A stretch of 63,946 nt of DNA, filler included. It is 8 parts of 8 records of this genome, joined end to end, with 100 filler letters (N's around TTAATTAATTAA, not from the genome) between each part and the next. Parts side by side here need not be neighbours in the genome. Positions count along the whole stretch, not along the records: positions 42,153 to 56,983 come from SRR7504441_7498; positions 57,084 to 60,616 come from SRR7504441_7501; 6 more parts are not named here. One strand, 5' to 3'. A model generated the notes under the pieces. It ran no database searches and had not been told where the DNA came from. It was given only the letters and a program-made list of their open reading frames with translations. The position numbers and the translations under genes are program-made. Each line of letters starts with the position of its first letter. Positions within the stretch are counted from its first letter, which is position 1. This document shows, piece after piece, positions 44,643 through 57,307 of the stretch.

Positions 44643-46268
44643 ATGCGGGTGCTCCTTCTCTGTGCCACCGCAGCAGCGGCCACCGCCTTAGCCGCCCCGC
44701 CCGCGCCGCACTACGATTACACCCTCGACTGCGACGCCTTCTCGCCGCACGTCAAGGGTGATACCTGCAACCAGTACGGCGACCCCGACGCCTGGGCGCG
44801 CATCGTCCACCGTCCTCTCCCTGACTTCTACCAGGACCAAAAGTTCGGCGTCTTCATCCACTGGGGCGTCTACTCGGTCCCCAGCTACGGCAGCGAGTGG
44901 TTCTGGCACAACTACCAGTGCTCCGGCGACGGGGCCGGCTCTGTCAAGCAGTTCGCCGACAAGAATTTCCCGGGAATCGGCTCCGACTACCCCGAGTACG
45001 CCAAGCTGTTCCGCGCAGAGCTCTACGACGCGACCGCGTGGGTTGCCGCCATCAAGGGCGCCGGTGCACAATATGTCCTGCCAGTCGCTAAGCACCACGA
45101 TGGGTTTTGCATGTGGGACGCCAGGGAGACGTCCCCGCAGTGGAACGCCGTCGAGGTGGGGCCGCAGCGGGACGTGCTCACCGAGCTCTACAACGCCTCG
45201 GTGAAAGCCGGCCTGGACTTTGGGATCTACTACAGCCAGGGCGAGTGGTTTGACAGCAATTTCGTCGCCGACGCCAAGTCGGGCTTCCGGAACAAAACAT
45301 TCATCGAGGCCAAGGTTAAGCCGCAGCGGCTGGACCTGGTGCATCGTTTCCCCAAGGCAATGATCTGGCACACTGACGGCGGCTGGATGGCGCCCGACGC
45401 ATACTGGGACAACCTTGACTGGCTCACGTACTTGGTCAACGACTCGCCCCTGGCCGCCCGGGTGGTGTCGTGCAACTCGATGGGTGTCGGCTGCTGCTCG
45501 AGCGACGCCAACGCCAAGTCGGGGGTTAGCCCGGCCCAGCAGGACAAGTGCTGGGAGATCGGGGACGCCCCCAGCGGCGGCGACCGGACCACGGCGGGCT
45601 CGGTGACGGGCCACTTTTACACCAACCAGATGACGATCCAGCGGGGCAGCTGGAGTTGGGACCGCAAGGAGGACAAGATGCAAGACTTTTTTAGCGCGAG
45701 CGAGCTGATCTGGACGCTGGTGAGCACGACGGCCTGGAATGGCACGCTGATCATGAACATCGGACCGGAGGCGGACGGGCGCATCCCTCCGATCTTTCTC
45801 GACCGCTTCCAGCGCATCGGCGAGTGGCTCGCCGTCAATGGGGAGGCCATCTACGGTTCGCGCGTGTGGGAGAGTGCGCTACCCGACGGGTCGGAGGGGG
45901 CGACTGGCCCGGGGTTCCAAAACGCGTCACACGCGACGTATTACACAAGAGGGACGGCCAACAGCGGGTGCCAGTTCCGGGACGTGCCAATGGGGTGCGG
46001 GGACGACAGCAACAAGGAGGGGGCGGTGTACGCGATTTTCTTGGAATACCCGACGAATGCTGCCGACGCTGGCGGCAAGGTGGTGCTGCATCTGGACATT
46101 CCGGTGGGCGTCGCCGGACAGACCACGGTGGCGCTGCTCGGGCACGACGGGGCCGTCTCGTGGCGGGCGGGTCCGGGGGGCAATGGCGTCGACGTGCTAC
46201 TGCCGGCCGCACCGCCGCCCGGGTCAGGCCACGCGTGGACGCTCCGGTTCGTGGGGCTCGGAAATTAG
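44643..46268 (+). CDS. Secreted GH29 alpha-L-fucosidase-like enzyme, intronless
   Basis: Signal MRVLLLCATAAAATALA; motifs KFGVFIHWGVYSVP, EWFW, AGAQYVLPVAKHHDGFCMW, GIYYS, LIMNIGPEADGRIP and IGEWLAVNGEAIYGSR. Confidence 0.92.
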   Translation: MRVLLLCATAAAATALAAPPAPHYDYTLDCDAFSPHVKGDTCNQYGDPDAWARIVHRPLPDFYQDQKFGVFIHWGVYSVPSYGSEWFWHNYQCSGDGAGSVKQFADKNFPGIGSDYPEYAKLFRAELYDATAWVAAIKGAGAQYVLPVAKHHDGFCMWDARETSPQWNAVEVGPQRDVLTELYNASVKAGLDFGIYYSQGEWFDSNFVADAKSGFRNKTFIEAKVKPQRLDLVHRFPKAMIWHTDGGWMAPDAYWDNLDWLTYLVNDSPLAARVVSCNSMGVGCCSSDANAKSGVSPAQQDKCWEIGDAPSGGDRTTAGSVTGHFYTNQMTIQRGSWSWDRKEDKMQDFFSASELIWTLVSTTAWNGTLIMNIGPEADGRIPPIFLDRFQRIGEWLAVNGEAIYGSRVWESALPDGSEGATGPGFQNASHATYYTRGTANSGCQFRDVPMGCGDDSNKEGAVYAIFLEYPTNAADAGGKVVLHLDIPVGVAGQTTVALLGHDGAVSWRAGPGGNGVDVLLPAAPPPGSGHAWTLRFVGLGN

Positions 46269-46561
46269 ACAGTAGAGCTCTAGGGAGAGAGAGATTATCT
46301 ATCATTTAGTAGTTACAACACCAAGTTAGATCCCAAGCTTTTAAGCCGCACCCGGCCGAGCGTTGCAGCGACCCTCGTCGTCTCTAACGTTGTCTAATGT
46401 GCGCTCAGACCCCGCCTGGGCCGCCGGGCCAAGCTGGGGCCTGGGCGCTGGCTGGGGGCATAACGCATAACGGCCAAAGCTGATATCAGCACGCCCGCCT
46501 AACGCTGTCACTGTAGGTTGCAGTGCGCCCGAACCCCAGTGCACCTGTCGCGCCAGCACCG

Positions 46562-49444
46562 ATGGGAGTGTGCAGCGTGCTATACCCGGGCTACCCGTGC
46601 CCACCCGCCCCGCACTTCTGGTGCGTCATCACCCGAGCGCTCCGCGTTGTCGGCGGGGTGCTGACATGCATCGCGATCTTCGACATCTACACCGAATCGA
46701 ACGAGTGGTTCTTCACCGGCTACCTGGGCCCGTACGTCGCCGCGCTCATGTCCGGTATGGGGAGCACCGATGTCGGCAGCACCTTCGCGGGCAGCTGGAT
46801 CACCTGCGCAGGAGGGATCCTGGGGGCGACCGTCTCGACCCTGCTGGCGTACGGTTTCATGCGAGGGGACAATCACACCTATCGCGTGGCCGCCCCTTTC
46901 CTGGTGTTCGCTGTGTCGTTCCTGTGTAGGATGCACCTGCCTGCCGAGCAGGCCATGATTCCTATGTTCTTGTTCTTCATCGGGTTTGTGACCCCGATAC
47001 GGAGCCCCACCTACCGGGACGACTGGGCGCCATCCAAACTATGGCTAGAGATTGTGATCTGCTGCGTGGTGTCCATACTGATCCAGCTGCTGCCGTTGCC
47101 GTACTCGAATCCTAACCGCCCGCGCATCTTGCCGGAGCCTGCTAGTGCTGTGCTCAAGTCCTGGCCGCTGCTGCGGAAGGCACGCCTGCTGTCAGCATCA
47201 CTGCTGCTGTGCCTGACCGAGGGCGCGGCGACTCCAGGGAAGCCGGACACGGTGCGTGCTCAGCTGGGTAGAATTAGCACTACTCATAGAATAATCTGAA
47301 GCTTGCAGTGAGAGTCGGGCCAGGTGCCTGCAGAGATGATGTTCAATGAGCTCAAGGCCATTGTGGGCCAACTGAAGGCCTTGCTGCTCGGTGTCGAGCC
47401 AGATGTTCATTCGGTTCTGACAGACTTATCTTGCAGGTGCCGCGGTTGAGCTAAAGCTCGGCTGCTGTGGGGATGCCAGATCTGAACTCGAGTCCGGAGT
47501 GACGAAGCTTGCAGCCGAGTTGGCTCCATTGCAGTTGCTGGTGGTCTCAACGGTTGACGTGGAGTTTGATGAAAACGAAGTGGACCTCACTACGGCAGTG
47601 CGGCAACTCGGCAAGATGTTGGAGCAAACTGTGAATCCAAAACCTGATCTGGTTGCGCCGACGTCAGAAGAGCTCTCAGCGTGCGGTGCAGAGCTCACTG
47701 CATGCTTTAAGCGCTCCACCGATGCCATTCTGAAGTCACCCGAATTCTCCGATCAAGTGTCGCCGGTGACGCGGCGCGCCAGTTTCATTGCCGCCCTGCT
47801 GCATTTGGTAGATACAATAGCTCATGTAAAGCCGCCTGCACCACCACGAGGAGCTTGCGACGCGTTGGCTCTCATGATGGGGCTGACGCTGATGCCCTGC
47901 GCTGCTTTTTGGCCAACCCCTGTAGCTTATCTATCCAGAATCTGCTGCGACTGGCCTCGCATCAAGGCGGCTCTCAAGTTTGCACTCGGGATGGCGGTTG
48001 CCACTCTGTGGCAGTCAGTTGACGTTCTCTTTGATCGTTCGTCAGGTTATGGCGAATGGGTGGGCTATGCAATAATGTCCTGCTCATTGAGTGATTACGG
48101 AATAGGATGGCTCAAGTGCCAAAACAGATTAGTGGGCACTTTCTTAGCTGCTACGTTGTCTTTGTTCTTTACCAATGTGGCCAATGGCCAGGATGAGAAT
48201 GGGCAGCTACCTAATCCCAACGACTGGGCAGTGGTCTTTGTTCTGATGCTCTTTGTATTCTTCTGCGCTATAGCCATACAATCGATGAGCAAGGAGAGGG
48301 GCTATATCCCTCTCTGCGCCGTCATGGTAGCGATCTACCTGACATACAGTGGCTACGCTCATGACGCTGCTAGTTCTTATATTGTGAATCGAATTTGTTT
48401 GACAATGTATATCCTCCTGGATGGCGTGAGCCTCAGTGCGTGTGGTGCAGGTACGGTGTTATGCTCTACATTGTAATCGAGATGGTCATCCTGCCGGACT
48501 CTCCACGCTATTTGCTTGAAGATCGCGTGGTGGAGTACTTGCCAATGATATGCCCTGCACTCACCTCCGTCTCAGAGGCCATCCACAGCGCTGGAACAGA
48601 CGATTACGAGCAGGCAGTCAAACAGCTCCAGCAGAGTGTAGCTGCGTGCTGTGCTTCCTCGCAGAAATCTCGAGCGCTCTTGGTCGGAGCTGCTGCTGAG
48701 CCCAATTTTGGTCTTCGTGCCGACTTTGCAGAGAGTGATTATACTATGTTGATAACTGAGCAGGTGAAAGCCTGACATCAGTAGCCATCATGACTGTGCT
48801 TGCTGAACAGGAAAATATATCTCTTATCTTACAACTGATTCCTGCACGAATTGAGGCAATGGCAGAGTATCTTGACAACTCATTGGCAAAGAAGCTGCTG
48901 CCTTCATTGGTTCAAGATAGCCTTGAACATGTCTCGCTCTGCTCTCAGCGTTGGTCCGAGCTGTTTGAGCAGTACCATCAGAGGTAGCTCAACTAGTTGC
49001 CCCACAGCTAATCTCGATGACTGCGGCAGGGCACTAGCCGATGATAGCGCTCATAGCTCAGTGGAGCTGCGAGCAACTACAGCAAAGACAGCATTCCAGC
49101 TCCTTGTCCCTTTCAGGGAGTGTGCAGCGTTTGCAGCCACGGTTGATGACAAGTGGGTGCAATTTTGGATCGAGAACGCGACCTCCCAACTGAAGGAAGT
49201 CAATGTGGTGATGCTTTTTAATGCGGCATCCCTTACCCTTCTCCTGAAGCACATCCATCTGAGATTGTCACTGATGGTCCCTGTTCTGCGGCGTCTTGTG
49301 GCCAGGACACCAATGTTTGAAGAATCGACTGCACTAAGCAATCAGCATGCCGATGCGGCAATGAAACCGCCAAACACGCAAGCCCCTCTTCAGAAAACAG
49401 CAACTCCTGGCAGTGATGGCTATGATACAAATGAGCAGTTATGA
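46562..49444 (+). CDS. FUSC/ALMT/ArAE-superfamily duplicated multi-pass membrane transporter
   Basis: Two TM bundles, each followed by helical regions; RIKAALKFALGMAVA...EWVGYAI...GWLKCQNRLVGTFLAA and IVNRICLT. Short introns link ORFs 46523, 47499, 48395, 48790 and 48851. Confidence 0.7.
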
Positions 49445-49770
49445 ATCTCTGCGCACTACTGTACTTCCACACCACTAGCTCCCCGGTGGACACTGACTAA
49501 TTATTGACTCCGCCTTTTGGATGCAAGCTTGCAATTGCAAACAGCCCAAACTGTGTAGGTATTCGAGACAAAACTATAGTTAAAGAGAATTTTCTTAGTT
49601 GCTAAGTCATTCTAAGTTATTCTAAGCAAATCAATGATTGTTGATCCGAGCTATTGATCCTTCGCCGGGTACAACACACCGCACACTCCCGTGCTCCTCG
49701 TCCTCGGCCGGCGCCAAGCGATGAAAATCATGGAATCGTGGAATGCTAGTGGAGTGCCGTCGCGGAGGTC

Positions 49771-49803
49771 ACGAGGTCTCAACGAGGTCTCAACGAGGTC
49801 TCA
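49771..49803. repeat. Perfect 11-bp tandem repeat (ACGAGGTCTCA x3) in an intergenic region
   Basis: Directly visible at 49771, 49782 and 49793. Confidence 0.85.
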
Positions 49804-50021
49804 TAGAGAGTTTCGATGAGGTGTCGCAGACGGAGCATACATGTGACGGAGCATCAATGCATCTGACTAGACAGACTACTGTACGTACGAGTACTGGTAA
49901 TCTACTAGTAATCTACTACCCAACGCTATCCAATTAGAGCTCTTTTGCGCGAATAAAATGGTGCAGTACAGCTGTACACATTAATTTTAGTACTAGTATC
50001 TAATTTAGCCACTCGTTGTGA

Positions 50022-53000
50022 TCACTCGTCCATTTCAATCAATGTTGATTGATTGATTGACTCTTCCATTTCTTGTTCTTTGGCAAGTTGGATGAAGACT
50101 TGCTCCAATGTGGTTTGGCAGAGGGCGTACTGTTCAATGCCTTGCTTTGCTTTGTTCTTTTCCAGAGTCTCAAACATCTGTGGCAACGAGTTGCCTTCAC
50201 TGGGGATCGAATACCTGATAATGAGCAGGTTGAGATCGATTTGCTGTGCTCCCCAGCCGAGGGCGTCGATAAACTCCGACACCGAGGCGATCCGGCCCTC
50301 CCGCACTCTCAACTCAAGGGAATAGCTGCTTCCAAACTTGGTCTTTAGCTGCTGCACTGTGCCCAACGCTCTAATCCGGCCGGCAACCATGATGCACATT
50401 CGAGAAGAAAGCGCTTCGGCCTCCTCCATTGCATGAGTTGTTAACACCACCGACCTCAGTCCGTTACCCCGTGCGGTGATGCTACGACAGGCACTGATCA
50501 ATTTCCAAAGGAATCTGCGTGCTACGGGATCCATCCCTGTGCTAGGCTCGTCCAAAAGCACCACGCCTGGTCCCGCAAGCAGAGCCAATGCGGTCGAGAG
50601 CTTGCGCTTGTTGCCACCCGAGTAACCACCACATCGACGATCAGCAAATTCTTCCAAGCCGATGCGACGAATCACTGCTTGCACAACCTCCGGTATATCA
50701 CTCTGAGCTACGCCCTTGAGAGTAGCAAAGAGCTCAAGATGCTCTCGTGCAGTGAGTAGGCTCAGCAGTGAATCGAATTGCGGGCAGTAGCCTAGACTTT
50801 TGTTGACCAACTCACGATCAGTCGTGGTATCAAGGCCATCGACCAGCAAACTCCCACTCGTTGCTGCTTGCTCGCCAGCCAAACATTTAAGTATGCTTGT
50901 CTTTCCTGCACCGTTGACACCAAGCAGGCCAAAACATTCTCCAGGCATGACTCCGAGGGTTAGATTCTTCACTGCGACCTTGGGAGGCTCCCGCTTACAG
51001 CGTTTCTTGCGATCACCATGGTAGGCTTTGCAAACATCTTCCAACTTAATACGATACGTGCCCTGACCAGACTTGATCTCAGCCTCGTGTTCGATCACCT
51101 CCTCAACTGTGAACCCATCAGAAAGGTCAGTATCCACGACGGGCTCGCCACAACAACCCTTGCCAGTGAGAGCACATCTTTCACACACAATCAAGAGCAC
51201 CCACAATATCACTGCATTTGCCGATAGCAGAATAATTGCCGCTCCAGCGCAATCCCATCTAAAGATGCTCATCGAGCTGTTCTGATATATTGCGGCTTCA
51301 GTCATAACATTACCAATCCCGTGGGGCAGTCCAAAAACAGGTCCAAAGACAACATAGAAGACAGTCTCGAGGATCTTCAGGGTGGAACCATAGCCCCCAT
51401 TTGAAACAGCAAAGAAAGGAGCTTGAAGCGCAGCTGAACCAAGAGAGCAGATCAAACGTGCAGTGCCATCAGCAGTTGCAGCGTCGTCCATCACATAACT
51501 AAAGAGCAGGATGAGCTCAATGTAGCTGAGTCCACCAATCAAAAGGATGAGCACCACAGCCAGAAAAGCTGTATGGTTGCTGGTAATCGAGTCCACACCG
51601 AAGATATAGAGACAGACAACAAAGAGTCCTGCAAGTGTGAGATACATCATAAAGTCAAAGAGTAGAATGTGTCCCCAATAGACCGTTGGCGAAATGCCGC
51701 AAGCCATGATCTGGTGCTTGACACCTGTGGTCCGCTCTTTGATCGGGAACGTGACACTCTTGGCTGCTGCCATGCCGAAAGCCACAGCCACGATGGTAAC
51801 GAGCAGGATTGAGCGTATAGCAGCATACCGTATAAGCGCATCAGAAGCAAGGGGGAATGGATAGTTATTGAGAACTATGCTCTGGTTCAACGCGGCCTCA
51901 TCAGCAGCGTTCACTATGGCAGGTACCATATTGACAGCTGTAGAGTTGTACAAGTACAGGCTCGGATCCCCCGAAACAGCTGCTGTGTAGAAGGGCACAC
52001 CTCCATTGAAGTTTTGTGCCAGAGAATTGGCCAGCGCATACACTGGTGCTTGCAAACCAATGGATGTATTCGCTGAATGGCAATTGGCTGCAACCTCAGC
52101 AGCACTCACCACACCTGTCTTAAGAAACCCATAGCCTACTGGATCTTTCTCACAGCTGAATGCCGCTACAGATGCATTTGCAGCGTCACTGCAGTGTATC
52201 ATGCTGTTCTGACAAAGCCCAACGTCCTGCTGGTCTCCATTGACAGGCATTTGCAGTTGACCAAACATCCCTAGACTGATTTGACGAGAGTGGACACTTG
52301 GTGCGAAAGTGACAGTATGATAAAGGACAAATCCAAGAACCACGTAGAGGACAGGCATGAAATAGGTTCGGAATAACTCTGACAATTCGCGTTTAGCATA
52401 CGCCATTCGCTTCCGAAACAGGGCCTTGAACTGCACATATGGGCTGATGTCAGAAACCCGCACCTCGCAAAATCGCTTGAGGTCTGTAGCTTCGCTCTCA
52501 GACTTATCGTGGTCAGTCTCACTATTGATCGTGGTCGCATCAGTATCACCAATCATCTGCCCTTCGGCTACTTTGAGAAAAACCTCTTCAAGCGTGGTTG
52601 ACGACAGTCCGTAATCTTCAATGCATGTGCTCTTCATTTCATCGAGGGCTCGCAACAGCTCTGGGAATTTGGCACTTTCCTCGCGTGGAAGCTGATAGCT
52701 GAGCTCTGTGCCTGCAGAGCTGAGCTTCTTTGAACCTGAAATCTTGGCTTCAATAGTCTCCATCACTGACTGTGATCCATCTTGGTCGAGCACAGTAGTG
52801 GTGAGCGTGTATCCCAGACCAAATTGATCCTTTAGAAACAGAGATGTTCCACAAACTTTGAGTTTACCCCCAACCATGATCGCGATACGGTCGCCCAGTA
52901 CATCGGCTTCATCCATGAAATGAGTAGTAAGAATCAAAACCTTGCCGTGCTTGTGGCCCTGCAGAATGTCCCAAGTGTGATGGCGAGCCTCCGGATCCAT

Positions 53001-55261
53001 GCCTGAGGTCGGCTCATCTAGAAATACTAGCTCTGAGCCAGCAATAAGTGCCATCCCAAGACAGACGCGCCGTTTCCAGCCACCAGACAACTTTTTCACA
53101 CGCTGCTCACTGAACTCGCCCAGCTGTAACAATTCAATCCAGTGCGCTGCCTCAAAACTGCAAGCCTCCAAGGGGGTCCCCTTGACCCCTGCATAAAGTT
53201 GGAGAGTTTCGCGCACAGTGAGGTCTTTGTGCAAAATGTCATGTTGCGGGCAGAATCCGATCGATTCCCTGAATTCGTCCATCCTCAGAGTAGAGAGCCC
53301 CTTGTAAGTTGCACCACCGCATGTCGGCTGGATGAGCCCAGTTAGCATCGAGATGGCCGTAGTCTTCCCTGCACCGTTGTGTCCCAGAAGGGCAGTGATC
53401 TGGCTTTCAAGCATCGTGAGGCACAGGTTGTGTACTGCAATAACAGGCTCATGCTGTCCAGCCACCCGGAACTCCTTACGCAGATGGCTCACTTTGAGTG
53501 CAGGCATGGTCAAAGCCTCTTGTGGGAGCGGTTCCTCGATTGTTTCATCAGGCTCAATATCATTGAGCAACCCGGACAGTTCAATCAATTCAGGTGAGTC
53601 CACTTCAAAGTTCTCAGAGCCATCACGGGCACACCAGTATTCTCGCGTGAACAGAAAGCCTGGCGAAAGCTGGGTGCCATACTCTTGAGGCATCACCTGC
53701 CAGCCAATGAGAATCGGATGGCTGGATTCCGACCTTGTCTGCATACCAAGCCAGGAATGTATAGAGCGCGAAATCAAATGCAACCATGCCAAGGAGCCCT
53801 CCAAGGTGCAGCCCATCATCAGTTGGCCAGCCGGTGTTCCACAGGTGCTGGCTCCCCCCAGAGAGCTCCACAGTGCCGAGGATGTTCCACATGTAGCCTG
53901 CAAAGATACAATCAGATGCAGCTGTACAGCTATGGCAGACCAAAGATCATCGGAGGAAAGAGGCATACGAGAGCCTGCCCGATCGCGGCGGTGAGCTTGT
54001 CCAGTGCGATGAAAACCAAGAAAGGCAGAATGTATGCAAAGATGACAGCAGTCGTAGCCATGGTGGCAGTCTGAAACAAGGACAGGGTAGCAGTTGTGAA
54101 TACAATCCCGAGCACCCCCCATAGCCAGGTCAGCCCGACAAGGACTCCATAGCCAGAGTACTCAAACCAAGACCGCGTCATCAGCCCGACTGCCAAGGCG
54201 TATATCCCGACTTGCACCACGTAGAGCACAATGTATGCCATGTAAAACACCCAGGGCTTGCACCCCATGATCCCTAGCAGCTCCTTGCGCTTCTCTTCCT
54301 TATCAGACGCCACCTGCCTCGCGAACATGGCTAGCGCAAAGCCCATCCCTTCCACAAGCGAGAGCGCAGGTCCTGTGCCGGTCGCCTGTGCGGTCGGCCG
54401 GTTGTGATCGCAGTTTGAGTAGCAGAACACTTGGGCGAGCCTGTGGTCGACCTCGCTCTCTGGGGTTGGGAATTGGCTCACCCTCGGCGGCCGGTCGGAG
54501 CACGACGCCGGCAGGCTCCGACCCGGCTCCACCATCGCAGCCAGTTCGCACGAGACTGCGTGCTGCAGCGCCAGAAAGCCAGACTGCACCCAATCCTGGC
54601 CCTGATCGGCTGTCGGGATCTGGGCATCCAGCGCCATCAGCTCGGTTGCGCTATTGCTGAAATCGCCGTAGTCGTTCGGGAACCGGAGCGTGAAGCCTAT
54701 TCCCGCGGGATCTGCTCGATCGAGCAGCACCCCCGCCCACACCTCGTCTGTTCGGGCCGCGTAAGCCGTGTCGAGGTCGTCCACCACCGCCTCGGCGCAG
54801 CTCTGGTTGTGCACCGCCGACTGGTTGTGAGCCGCGGCGACGATCCGTGCAGTGACCCGCTCGCAGAGCTCCTTGGCCTCCGGCTGAAGCGACGGACTGT
54901 CCCGGCTCCTTGGCCTCCGGCTGGAGTACAGGAGGCGCCCGGTGCGCGCCGCCGTTTGCGCGATCGACTCCAGCGGGCGTGCGTTCGTCATCCAGAAGGC
55001 GCCCAAGGAGGCATCGTAGAGACTGTCGGGGTACATGAACTGGACGGGGGTATGCTCGGTGGTGCCGGTCTGGGACAAGACCTGCGAGGAGACTAGCACC
55101 ACGGGGAGTACCACCTCGAGCAGGATCAGCCGCGGGTTGCGCCGCTTGATCGTCAGGTTTTTGCGGATCAGCAGTCGGAACTGGGCCCAGGTCGAGACCG
55201 GATGGGCCTCCCCCTGCTCGGGCAGCAGCGGACGGAAGCCTGGGCCCCCGCCCGAGTTCAT
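50022..55261 (-). CDS. ABCA: Full-size ABCA-subfamily lipid exporter
   Basis: N-terminal QFRLLIRKNLTIKRR. NBD1 LLGHNGAGKTT/LSGGWKRR/LDEPTSGMDP/TTHFMDEAD. NBD2 LLGVNGAGKT/YSGGNKRKLS/LDEPSTGMDP/TTHAMEEAE. Introns 53898-53940 and 53697-53733. Confidence 0.95.
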
Positions 55262-55354
55262 GGCGACGGATGGAGCTATGACGCGTGGAGATCTGCAGAC
55301 CGATCTGCAACTGAACTCTTGCTGTCTGCAAGCTCGAGCCCGCCACCTGCACCG

Positions 55355-56869
55355 ATGGCCTCATCAGACGAGGGCCGGCTCAGCCTGGCCGGGCCTGTCC
55401 GGGTGCTGGCCCCGATGGTACGCCTGGGCACGCTACCGCTCCGTCTGCTCGCAGTTCGGCACGGGGCCTCCGCGGTGTTCAGCGAGGAGATCATCGCCCG
55501 CAAGCTGGCCGGCTGCGTGCGCCGGTGCGACCCCCGGCTGGGCACCGTCGACTTTGTGCCGAGCGGTTCCCCAGACACTGGCGGGGCTGTGTTCCGGACG
55601 CACAGCCAGGAGCGCCATCGTGTGGTGCTGCAGCTGGGCGCAGCAGACCCTGAAACCGCGGTGGAGGCGGCCGTGCTGGCGGCCGGCGACGTGGCTGGCG
55701 TGGACCTGAACATGGGCTGCCCCAAGCACGCCGCCGTGGAGGGCGGGATGGGCGTGGCTCTCCTCCGCCGGCCCGAGCGGGCTCTCGAGATCGTGCGGGC
55801 GCTCCGCGCTGGGCTACCGGCGGCGGTGCACCTCTCGTGCAAGATCCGTCTGCTCGACTCGGCAGCGGCCACGCTGGAGGTGTGCCGGCGGCTGGCCTCG
55901 GCCGGGGCTGAAGCAATCTCGGTGCACTGCCGAGGCCCCGACGAGCCAGCCACTGCCGAGCCGCGCTGGTGTGAGCTGGCGCCGGTGGTGGCTGGGCTGA
56001 GCCCAGTGCCAGTGCTTGCCAACGGGGGGATTATGGGCGTGGAGCAGCGGGAGCTCGCCAGCCAGCAGAGCGGCTGTGCGGGGGTGATGATCGGGAGGGG
56101 AGCGCTCCGGCATATCGACATCTTCAATGCGACACAGCCACTGGAGCCCGGGCCGGCCAGCCTGAGTCAGCAACTTGAGCAATATTCAGACATAGCGGTC
56201 GAGCTGGAGAACCCGTGGCTCAACAGTCGGTTTGTGCTCCAGTGGATGCTTCATGAGGCTGGCGTGCTCGCAGTCGACCCTCGTGCTCTGAGCCTCGAGC
56301 GAGCCAGCAGCCTCGAGGCAGTGGCTGCAGCTGTCGGCCGGCAAGCGCACTTTGATCTCGCGCCTCGTGGGGTGCCTCGGCCGGCCACCCACCACTATGG
56401 CAACTCGCGGCAGTACTTCAGGACAATCGGTGCTGCATACTTTGAGCCAGCCAGGCTAGTGATACCCAAAACAAACGCCATGTTTGCCCGGATGGTGGCC
56501 AGCCGGCGGCAGATGGCTGAGAGCCGGCCGAAGCGGCGGAAGAAGGAGCAGCCCGCGGCGCGGCGGCAGCTGGCCGAGCTGCTCAAGAGGCACCGGATGG
56601 CGGCGCCTCGGTACGAGCTGGCTGAGCAGGCGGAGGCTGAGCAGCGAGTGCTGGGCTACTTTGCAAAGGGTTTCAAGATGAGCGTGCATGTTAATGGAAA
56701 GAGTTTTGAGTGCAGCAAGTTTGCACGGTCCAAGGAGCTGGCCGGCGACCGAGCAGCAGGGAGCGCGTTTGAGTACTTTTCAGCATTGCTTGAGCCGGAA
56801 GGAGTCGCCGTGGCACAAGACATAAAAGCAGATGATCTGAGCAATGCGCGCGTTGATGATCATGACTAA
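55355..56869 (+). CDS. DUS2: tRNA-dihydrouridine synthase DUS2-like with a C-terminal dsRNA-binding domain
   Basis: LAPMVRLGTLPLRLLA, VVLQLG, DLNMGCPK, SCKIR, VLANGG and GVMIGRGA; dsRBD-like ARRQLAELL...PRYE...FKMSVHVNGKSF...SKELA. Confidence 0.9.
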   Translation: MASSDEGRLSLAGPVRVLAPMVRLGTLPLRLLAVRHGASAVFSEEIIARKLAGCVRRCDPRLGTVDFVPSGSPDTGGAVFRTHSQERHRVVLQLGAADPETAVEAAVLAAGDVAGVDLNMGCPKHAAVEGGMGVALLRRPERALEIVRALRAGLPAAVHLSCKIRLLDSAAATLEVCRRLASAGAEAISVHCRGPDEPATAEPRWCELAPVVAGLSPVPVLANGGIMGVEQRELASQQSGCAGVMIGRGALRHIDIFNATQPLEPGPASLSQQLEQYSDIAVELENPWLNSRFVLQWMLHEAGVLAVDPRALSLERASSLEAVAAAVGRQAHFDLAPRGVPRPATHHYGNSRQYFRTIGAAYFEPARLVIPKTNAMFARMVASRRQMAESRPKRRKKEQPAARRQLAELLKRHRMAAPRYELAEQAEAEQRVLGYFAKGFKMSVHVNGKSFECSKFARSKELAGDRAAGSAFEYFSALLEPEGVAVAQDIKADDLSNARVDDHD

Positions 56870-56983
56870 ATCTATCATGATGTCACATTACTTTATCATA
56901 CAATGAAATAATCACTGGAAATTATATTGAAACTACAATTCATGTGTAATACACGGAAGGTTCCGTATCTTGAAACTACATGT

Positions 56984-57083
56984 NNNNNNNNNNNNNNNNN
57001 NNNNNNNNNNNNNNNNNNNNNNNNNNNTTAATTAATTAANNNNNNNNNNNNNNNNNNNNNNNNNNNNNNNNNNNNNNNNNNNN
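56984..57083. other. Artificial contig linker
   Basis: N44-TTAATTAATTAA-N44. Confidence 0.99.
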
Positions 57084-57232
57084 GTGGGGAGAGAAATCGC
57101 AGGGAACCAGAAGGCCGATCCGTCGCTCCGGCTCGCGTTGGATGAGCCGACCAACACCGGTGTGCCGAACTCGACTTTCCAGGCGCCTGTGGGCACAGCA
57201 AGAGCCAGCAAACTGAGCCAGTACCGGTACAT
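57084..57232 (-). CDS. 5' fragment of a secreted protein (cut by contig end)
   Basis: MYRYWLSLLALAVPTGAWKVEFGTPVLVG... is a signal-peptide-like start, divergent from the gene at 57308. Confidence 0.5.
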
Positions 57233-57307
57233 TGCCGAGCCACCGAGCAGATCCAACCGAACGGACAGCCAACCGAATTCCTTTTCCGGCGCACCCCTCT
57301 GTGACAC

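Noticed and set aside
44643-46268. Bacterial contamination explaining the intronless or bacterial-like genes (GH29, OmpA-like, cyclase)
   Set aside because: All lie on contigs with intron-containing eukaryotic genes and share their promoter spacing; the cyclase itself has six introns.
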